The notes under the pieces: generated by a model
Seen by the model: only the letters and a program-made list of their open reading frames with translations
Told to the model about the DNA's origin: nothing
Database searches by the model: none
Source: an uncultured virus (IMG/VR IMGVR_UViG_3300020469_000033)
Taxonomy: Duplodnaviria; Heunggongvirae; Uroviricota; Caudoviricetes
Strand: one strand, 5' to 3'
DNA: 64,000 nt
Virus record (IMG/VR): IMGVR_UViG_3300020469_000033
Span: 1-64,000 of that record
In this document: positions 57,488 to 64,000 of the stretch, in pieces
How the letters are laid out: each line of letters begins with the position of its first letter
Position numbering within the stretch: position 1 is the first letter of the stretch
Position numbers and translations under genes: made by a program

Positions 57488-59797
57488 ATGGGAACATTTC
57501 CAAAATTTTCAAATATTGCGGGATATGCTACGAAAACCTTAGAAAGTAGAAAACGTAGTGTATATAACGTATCTAAGTTAAATGCTTGGGTAAGAGTAAC
57601 ATCTGCCGTTTCTGGTAATAAGGGAGATGGGTTGACATTAGTATCTAATCCAAATTTTAGATTATTTGGAGCTGCTGGTGTTTCTTCTATTTATGGAATT
57701 AATAAACAAAGTGGTACTATTGGTGAAACTTGGGGAGGTTCCCCAATAAATCCATCAGAGGGGCAAGGTTATAAACCTTCTCCAATTATTGAATCTATTG
57801 AAATAGATGAGGGAGCTGGTAATTTAAGTAGAAAAGCTAATTTTACAATTAAATGTTTTTCTAAAGACCAAATGGAATTAATAACTGAATATTTTCAAGA
57901 ACCAGGATTTACTGTATTTTTAGAATGGGGATGGAATACACCAGACTCTATGAAAGGTTTAGTAAAAAAATTAAATGCAAACAATATAGCTAATTTTCAA
58001 AATTTCAAAAATCTAACAACCAAAAGAGAAGCATCTAAAGGACAATATGATAATTATTTAGGATTTATAACTGGTGGAGGAATTGCAACTGAAGGTGAAA
58101 ATTGGACTGTTGAAGTAAAATGTACGGGGTTCACCGAATTACCAGCCTATTTAGTAAATGGTGATAATTCTGGTGATGCCATTGATAAAAAATCTAAAAA
58201 AGAACCTGATTATAAAAATTTAAGTCTTGAAACTGATTTAAATATAAAACGATGGATGTTTGCTTATAACGCATTACCATCTAATAGAAAAACTGCAGAA
58301 ATTAAATCATTGGCTACTAAAACTGATGATTCCCTTAGAAAAGTACCAATAGCACAAGCAGTTAACTATATAAACTTTGATGAAACGATTACTGATAGTT
58401 TAAACAACAAAGCAGATGGAACTGCTGTTGGAAGATTCTTTGGTGTAGGTGGTTCAAAAGAAAAGGGTGAGGATGGTAACACAGAACGTATAGAAATCCC
58501 TGCAGGTACTAAAATAGTTGGTAGTGAAAAATTTATAAGATTTGGTACTCTTATGAAGATAATGAACCAAATGATTATAAAGGGTTTAAAAATAGGAAAA
58601 AAGACAGTTTCTATGGAAATCCACTCAGAGCATACTATATGTTCAGCTTATCCAAATATATTTAGTACTGATAAAAGTAAGTTATTAATACCAAATATAA
58701 AAACACCAAGATTTAGTTTTCTTGATGCTAAAAATAATACAAAATCATTAGAAGCAATACCATCACCACCTGAAGATTGTTCGATAGAATATGATGGTAG
58801 AAAAATACAATTTCCTTTTGAAAACGCTATTAATGGTGGTTCTGTTTTAGTTGATGGTACATCCTATGATTTACAATATAAAGATGGTACTACACCAGCA
58901 AGTGAATGTATAGACAAACCACAAGGTAAATGGGGGTTTTTAGATGATTTATATGTAAACTTTGATTTCGCATCGGGTATTATGGGAACAAGTAACTTTA
59001 CAGTAAAAGATGCTCTATATCAAATTCTAAATGGAATGTCCTCCGCTGTAAATGATTTATGGAATTTTCAGATTATGGAAACAACTTTGGAAAATGATAA
59101 GGGAAAATTAAAAAAGGGAGACCAAATAATCACAATACAAGAAACTAATTTTACATATAAACCAAAAGTAAACCCATATACATTTAATTTAATAGGTACT
59201 GATTCTATTTTCAAAGATGCTTCGTTAAATTTGGATATGAGTGCTGCTAAGATGAATCAAGTTATCGGTTCAAGATTGGCAAAAAAAATTAATGGTGAAA
59301 CTCAACCGCTTTTTGGTAGATTAGACGCAGGTAATATTACTGATTTAGTTTTAAAAGAAATAGATTCTAGAAAAGAAGCACCAATAGAAGAAAAAAGCGG
59401 AAAAGAAACAGATGAAGAACTAAAAGAAAAGAATTACGCTAATTTTTTAGGTAAAATAGGTACATATCCTAAAGTACAATTTGAAAAAAAGGATATAAAA
59501 CCTAAGTATGTTGTGCAAGAAAAAACTTATGCATCTGTTTATGATGATAAACAATTGCTAAAAATGGCTAAATCTGATATGGAAGAAGAAGAAGGTGTAT
59601 CCATTTTATTACCAATTAATTTTACATTTACTGTATATGGTGTTAGTGGTATAAAAAGAGGAGACAGGTTTGCTGTAAAAGGTATCCCAGCAAAATATGA
59701 AAAGCAGGGATTTTTCCAAGTTTTAGGTGTAAAACATACTATTCAAGGAATGGAATGGCTTACTGAAGTTGAAGGTGGATTTAGAAACAATACATAA
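57488..59797 (+). CDS. Probable baseplate hub protein (gp27-like)
   Basis: Follows the LysM gene; PG.TVFLEWGW motif and C-terminal G.SG...G..F.....P......F.V..V.H.I....W.T pattern. Confidence 0.6.
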   Translation: MGTFPKFSNIAGYATKTLESRKRSVYNVSKLNAWVRVTSAVSGNKGDGLTLVSNPNFRLFGAAGVSSIYGINKQSGTIGETWGGSPINPSEGQGYKPSPIIESIEIDEGAGNLSRKANFTIKCFSKDQMELITEYFQEPGFTVFLEWGWNTPDSMKGLVKKLNANNIANFQNFKNLTTKREASKGQYDNYLGFITGGGIATEGENWTVEVKCTGFTELPAYLVNGDNSGDAIDKKSKKEPDYKNLSLETDLNIKRWMFAYNALPSNRKTAEIKSLATKTDDSLRKVPIAQAVNYINFDETITDSLNNKADGTAVGRFFGVGGSKEKGEDGNTERIEIPAGTKIVGSEKFIRFGTLMKIMNQMIIKGLKIGKKTVSMEIHSEHTICSAYPNIFSTDKSKLLIPNIKTPRFSFLDAKNNTKSLEAIPSPPEDCSIEYDGRKIQFPFENAINGGSVLVDGTSYDLQYKDGTTPASECIDKPQGKWGFLDDLYVNFDFASGIMGTSNFTVKDALYQILNGMSSAVNDLWNFQIMETTLENDKGKLKKGDQIITIQETNFTYKPKVNPYTFNLIGTDSIFKDASLNLDMSAAKMNQVIGSRLAKKINGETQPLFGRLDAGNITDLVLKEIDSRKEAPIEEKSGKETDEELKEKNYANFLGKIGTYPKVQFEKKDIKPKYVVQEKTYASVYDDKQLLKMAKSDMEEEEGVSILLPINFTFTVYGVSGIKRGDRFAVKGIPAKYEKQGFFQVLGVKHTIQGMEWLTEVEGGFRNNT

Positions 59798-60147
59798 TGG
59801 ATAACGATAGATATAAAGAAATAGCAAGTTCACAATCGTATATTATTGGAGATGTAACACCATTTATTCCAACTATAACCGATAGACAATATCAGAGAGG
59901 ATATATACAAAGGTGTTTTGTACAAAAATCTAATGATTCCTCATCTAATATATTCGAAGTTTCAGTAAATGAAATTAATCGATATAAAGGTAATCCCTTT
60001 TATATTCAGACAAAATTAGATTGGAGAATAACTGGAGACCCTATCGAAGTAAAGAAATCTAATTCAATATCATTACAATTAGCATCTGAGGATATCCCCA
60101 AAATTTCATTGTATTTACCAAATCTTTTACAATTTCATAAAAAATAA
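59797..60147 (+). CDS. Hypothetical protein
   Basis: Coupled to the upstream gene; P.....Y..GYI.R.F pattern. Confidence 0.6.
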   Translation: MDNDRYKEIASSQSYIIGDVTPFIPTITDRQYQRGYIQRCFVQKSNDSSSNIFEVSVNEINRYKGNPFYIQTKLDWRITGDPIEVKKSNSISLQLASEDIPKISLYLPNLLQFHKK

Positions 60148-60179
60148 TTTGGATATTACAAATATTTTTCTTATATTTG
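60148..60179 (+). promoter_or_regulatory. Bacteroidota primary-sigma type promoter (-33 TTTG, 20-nt spacer, -7 TATATTTG)
   Basis: TTTG at 60148-60151 and TAnnTTTG at 60172-60179 match the Bacteroides/Flavobacterium consensus TTTG-N19-21-TAnnTTTG. Confidence 0.65.
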
Positions 60180-60183
60180 TTAG

Positions 60184-61467
60184 ATGATTGTAGTAGAATC
60201 TAATAAAGAGAAAGAGAATTTTATGCAAATGTGGGAAAACAATCCCTCAATTGTAATTCCTATATGGTCTGATTTGGATAAACATCCAATGAACAATGAA
60301 CTTGCCTTCTTATTCGTAAGAGTGGGAAAAACTGACTTTATTCTCATATATAATCATATTGATGGTAAATCCCACCATTTAGACCTTTCAACCTCAACAC
60401 AACCAAAATGGGTATGGAATAAGAAAGGCTTATTACAAACTGATACAAATATACAAAATATTTTTGATATATCCAACTATTACTTCTTTGAAAAGAATCA
60501 AACTATACCTTATGAGGTACAAAATCAATCGTTTATCTCACATTATATCCGAATGGGTATAAGAGATGGTTTAGGAAAGATAGCACCTATAATGAAATGG
60601 GGAGAGTATTTAAAATCATTTGTTGATAATATAAGTAGTACTATTCCCCCTCCCGATTTATCTCCTAAAAGTTGGGTTGATAATACGATGATTCCTCTAT
60701 TATCTCAGATTGAACGATATGGGGTTCGGGTCGATGGAGGAAAATTTTTTGATAGATATCCACAAGCTACTAAACATTTAAACAACAATATCGTATATAC
60801 CGAATATAACCCATATACTATTACATCCCGTCCTTCCAACCGATTTGGGGGAATCAACTTCTCTGCTTTAAATAAAAAGGATGGAACGAGAGAAGTATTT
60901 ATTCCCAAAGATGGGCACATATTCCTACAAATGGATTATGATGCCTATCACCCCCGAATCATAGGTAAGTTGATTGATTACGAATTACCCGATACTTCGG
61001 TTCACCAATGGTTAGCGGACCAATATGGTGTTGATTATGGTGAATCTAAAGGAATTACATTCCAACTCCTTTATGGTGGGATACCCGAAGAATTCGATTC
61101 TATTCCTTATTATAAGAAGGTTAGAGAGTACATCGATGAAATGTGGGGTAACGCATCCAAAAAAGGTTATGTATCGACTTACAATCGAAATATACCCCTT
61201 AGTTCGATAGAAGGTTTGAATCCACAAAAAGTATTCAACTATTTACTACAAGCAACTGAAACTGAGTTAAATATGGATACAATGAGGAAAGTGTTGGAGT
61301 TTATTGAACAAACCGACATTGAGTTAAGTTTATACACTTATGATTCATTCTTATTTTCTTTTCCATTGGATACTCCTAAAGAACAAGCCCTTAAATTAAA
61401 AGAAATTGTAGAAAGTAATGGGTTTCCTATAAATGCTAGTTGGGGAACGGATTACTCAAAACTTTAA
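60184..61467 (+). CDS. polA: Compact family A DNA polymerase-like protein
   Basis: T.RPSN, motif A (MDYDAYHPRII), motif B (SKGITFQLLYG), FNYLLQA, motif C (YTYDSFLF). Confidence 0.8.
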   Translation: MIVVESNKEKENFMQMWENNPSIVIPIWSDLDKHPMNNELAFLFVRVGKTDFILIYNHIDGKSHHLDLSTSTQPKWVWNKKGLLQTDTNIQNIFDISNYYFFEKNQTIPYEVQNQSFISHYIRMGIRDGLGKIAPIMKWGEYLKSFVDNISSTIPPPDLSPKSWVDNTMIPLLSQIERYGVRVDGGKFFDRYPQATKHLNNNIVYTEYNPYTITSRPSNRFGGINFSALNKKDGTREVFIPKDGHIFLQMDYDAYHPRIIGKLIDYELPDTSVHQWLADQYGVDYGESKGITFQLLYGGIPEEFDSIPYYKKVREYIDEMWGNASKKGYVSTYNRNIPLSSIEGLNPQKVFNYLLQATETELNMDTMRKVLEFIEQTDIELSLYTYDSFLFSFPLDTPKEQALKLKEIVESNGFPINASWGTDYSKL

Positions 61468-61475
61468 TATTTATA
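61467..61475 (+). promoter_or_regulatory. Putative late promoter motif ATATTTATA
   Basis: Directly after the polA stop, before the ATG at 61495. Confidence 0.6.
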
Positions 61476-61494
61476 GAATATAGGAAGAGTTACT

Positions 61495-63318
61495 ATGAAC
61501 AAAAACGAATTAATCAAAGAATTATTATCTGAGTTATCTTATCGTTCTAACGAAGGATACCCTATGTTAGATAATAGAGAACAAATATCTATTCTAGCTG
61601 AGATATTAGATGAGTGGGGATATACCAAAATCAAAAACGAATTAATTGAAAATCTTTTAGAAGCAGATGATAAAAAATTTACTGCTACAAAGAAAGATAC
61701 AAACCAAACAGTAGCATTTGATAGTGAAGAAGCAAGAGATGCAGCGATTGAAAAGGGAACTCATACTAAGAAAGAAGATTCTGAAGAAGATGATTCTAAA
61801 AAAAAGAAAAAAGATATGTTTTCCTCAGAAGCTGGATATGAAGCTCCTGATTTAAAAAAGGATGATGATATTGATACAACTCCCAAATCAAAAAATTCAA
61901 AACTAAAAAAATTACCAAAAGAAGAATCAATTAAAATAGACCACAATTCAGCTGATAAGTCTCTTATGATGACTAAGACAGAAGCTAAAGCTCAAGCTCA
62001 ACGAACAAAAGCTGGTGAAACACAAAATGTTGGAGCTGGGACACCTGAATCAAGAGCTGGTGAAGCTATGGTTCATAAAGGTTTAAGATTATTACAAAGT
62101 GGTAAATCATTGGAAGAAATAGAAGAGGAGTTTTCTAAAATAGTAAATTCAGATGACCATATATTAAATTCTAAAACAGGTAAAAAATGGGTATCATCTA
62201 CATTATCTAGTTTAAAAAAGATAGATGAGGTTATTGGGATAGAAAATATTCAAGATGTTGCATGGGATACTGATGCTGGTAGAATAGCTATTGGTGTAGA
62301 CCCTAATTTAGAAACATCATCGGATATGTTTGTTAGAACTAAAGATGGTAAAAATATTGGGTTATCTCTTAAAAAAGATGGAAATGTATTCTTAAATAAT
62401 GGTGGTTGGGCCAAACAATCTAAATTATTATTAGGTGATTTAAAATCACAAATGGGTAATGAATCTCATAAAAAATTATCTGAAGCAATGTCAATTAAAG
62501 CATATGAGGATGATTTAACTGATAGGTTTAAATCTATCAGTAGTACTATTACAGTAGATACTATTAAAGAAGATTTTGAAAGATTAAAGAATGAACCTGA
62601 AATATTGAAAAAATATTTTGGTGGTTCAAATCAACCGATATACTTTAGAGAAATGGAAAATCCAGAAGTATTACATAGAAATATGGTTAATGGTAATTTG
62701 AGTAAGTATCAACAAAAAGTTTTAGCTAAGTTAACTCAAGCTTATCATAAAGAGGAATATAATCATTTAAGAAAATCTGAAGATGCATTAACTGAAAGAA
62801 CATTTAATATATTGAACTCTGATAAAGAAGCCAAAGAAGGTATGAATAAACATATCATAAAATCAATGCACATTACAGAAACACTGGGATTAAATAAAAC
62901 AGTCAAAGAAGGTGGCGTAGATGGGTTCCAAACAATGTATGGTATTGAACCAGATGGTGCTGTATTAAATGAACAAACATTGATTACTTTATTTGGTTCT
63001 AATTTCCAAAATATATTACAAGAGCAAATAAAAGAGGTTAGAGATGGTAAAAAATCAGTTAAAGAATTAGAAAAAGCTATTTCTGATTCAATAGAAATTG
63101 ATTATGAATCTGGTCAAATTTTATTTAAACATGAATCTCAAAAAAAGTTCCCATTATTTAAATTACAAGGTAGAGCTAGAGGTATAGGAGCATCTCCTAC
63201 AATGGAAATGTTACAAACTCCATTTATGGCCCATGCACTAAAGATGGGTACATTCAATACCGATGAGTGGGATACAAAATCATTAGAAAGATTTAAAAAA
63301 GATATAGAGTTTATTTAA
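61495..63318 (+). CDS. Hypothetical protein with possible PD-(D/E)xK nuclease-like core; candidate internal head protein
   Basis: ESRAGE...SSDMFV......GLSLKK motif; N-terminal segment ending LIENLLEA. Confidence 0.5.
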   Translation: MNKNELIKELLSELSYRSNEGYPMLDNREQISILAEILDEWGYTKIKNELIENLLEADDKKFTATKKDTNQTVAFDSEEARDAAIEKGTHTKKEDSEEDDSKKKKKDMFSSEAGYEAPDLKKDDDIDTTPKSKNSKLKKLPKEESIKIDHNSADKSLMMTKTEAKAQAQRTKAGETQNVGAGTPESRAGEAMVHKGLRLLQSGKSLEEIEEEFSKIVNSDDHILNSKTGKKWVSSTLSSLKKIDEVIGIENIQDVAWDTDAGRIAIGVDPNLETSSDMFVRTKDGKNIGLSLKKDGNVFLNNGGWAKQSKLLLGDLKSQMGNESHKKLSEAMSIKAYEDDLTDRFKSISSTITVDTIKEDFERLKNEPEILKKYFGGSNQPIYFREMENPEVLHRNMVNGNLSKYQQKVLAKLTQAYHKEEYNHLRKSEDALTERTFNILNSDKEAKEGMNKHIIKSMHITETLGLNKTVKEGGVDGFQTMYGIEPDGAVLNEQTLITLFGSNFQNILQEQIKEVRDGKKSVKELEKAISDSIEIDYESGQILFKHESQKKFPLFKLQGRARGIGASPTMEMLQTPFMAHALKMGTFNTDEWDTKSLERFKKDIEFI

Positions 63319-63340
63319 TTAACCCTAAAAATATTCTATT

Positions 63341-63349
63341 ATATTTATA
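63341..63349 (+). promoter_or_regulatory. Putative late promoter motif ATATTTATA
   Basis: Intergenic before the ATG at 63378; extended identity with 48479-48497. Confidence 0.6.
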
Positions 63350-63377
63350 GGTGATTGATTAATATATAAAAAAATTT

Positions 63378-63779
63378 ATGAAAACACAATTATTGTGTAC
63401 ATTTACTTCAAAGGATGGGTTACAAAAGACTCTGCAGGATATCAGAGAGACTTATGTGATAGTGTATAACTATATCTATATCTTACAGAATAAGTCAAAC
63501 TTAGATGAACTTTACGTTACCTATAATATTAATACGGAGTTCAAACCACCACAACCTTTAGAAGATACAATACTAATACACAGAAAAAAAGAATCAAATA
63601 CGTTATATACTATTAACGCATTAAACCAGTTAGTGAGAGAGGAAAATGGTGGTGTATTAGATAAGACATTTGTAATAGATTGGCAAAAATTTAGAAATTC
63701 AATAATACTTACAAATACTGAAGGTACTAAACGTATTCAAACTCGTATTTTTGAGGTTATCGAATTTAATCAAAAATAA
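63378..63779 (+). CDS. Hypothetical protein
   Basis: Clean 133-aa ORF after the promoter motif. Confidence 0.7.
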   Translation: MKTQLLCTFTSKDGLQKTLQDIRETYVIVYNYIYILQNKSNLDELYVTYNINTEFKPPQPLEDTILIHRKKESNTLYTINALNQLVREENGGVLDKTFVIDWQKFRNSIILTNTEGTKRIQTRIFEVIEFNQK

Positions 63780-63789
63780 AAAATAAGAA

Positions 63790-64000
63790 ATGGCAAAATT
63801 CACAAGAGAACAAATCGAAGAAGCATTAAATTGTAATGGGTATAAATACTTTACAAGTGATAAAGGATATGATGTTAACATCGTTGGTATTAGAAATTCC
63901 GATACATATGGTGAAGTAACAAATAAATTTGATGATACTCTTACAATATCTTACAAAGATTCAGATGGAAAGTGGGTTTATAACGAATATAAAGCAACAA
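63790..64000 (+). CDS. Partial ORF running off the window (MAKFTREQIEEAL...NIVGIRNS...TNKFDD); function unassigned
   Basis: ATG at 63790 after an A-rich leader, open to the window end; absent from the ORF track because it is incomplete. Confidence 0.65.
   Translation, partial: MAKFTREQIEEALNCNGYKYFTSDKGYDVNIVGIRNSDTYGEVTNKFDDTLTISYKDSDGKWVYNEYKAT

Noticed and set aside
49006..59797. Bacterial contractile injection system or tailocin
   Set aside because: Capsid, scaffold and neck genes are linked in the same operon, indicating a true phage.
1..64000. Stop-codon reassignment as in some jumbo and crAss-like phages
   Set aside because: Standard code gives near-complete coding density, including 10-18 kb ORFs; no fragmentation by TAG or TGA.
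1..64000. tRNA, rRNA, introns, inteins or homing endonucleases
   Set aside because: Intergenic gaps are short, with no cloverleaf seen; no intein, LAGLIDADG, GIY-YIG or HNH motifs recognised by eye.

Overview
AT-rich, gene-dense window with all plausible genes on the + strand, read in the standard code. It is the virion morphogenesis region of a large T4-like myophage, probably a jumbo phage. Gene order: acidic scaffold, gp23-type major capsid protein, three neck/tail-terminator proteins, then about 42 kb of appendage genes (giant ORFs of 5931, 3585 and 3273 aa plus small adaptors/chaperones). These are followed by tail sheath, tail tube, tail-assembly chaperone with a likely +1 frameshift extension, tape measure, baseplate genes, a compact family-A DNA polymerase and late hypothetical genes. 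A recurrent ATATTTATA motif precedes many structural genes. A Bacteroidota-type promoter precedes the polymerase, hinting at a Bacteroidota host. The most notable observations are: (1) 17 helical repeats in the 5931-aa protein that match the bilin-attachment helix of phycobiliproteins (invariant C-x-R-D, usually followed by GG); (2) nested His/Cys-rich super-repeats in the same protein; (3) amicyanin-type blue-copper ligand sets in the 3585-aa fibre; (4) very long, essentially Pro-free Gly-X-Y (Ser/Thr) tracts; (5) an [S/T]-[G/A/S]-S tripeptide enriched in outer virion proteins. All assignments come from motif recognition and synteny by eye; no searches were run.
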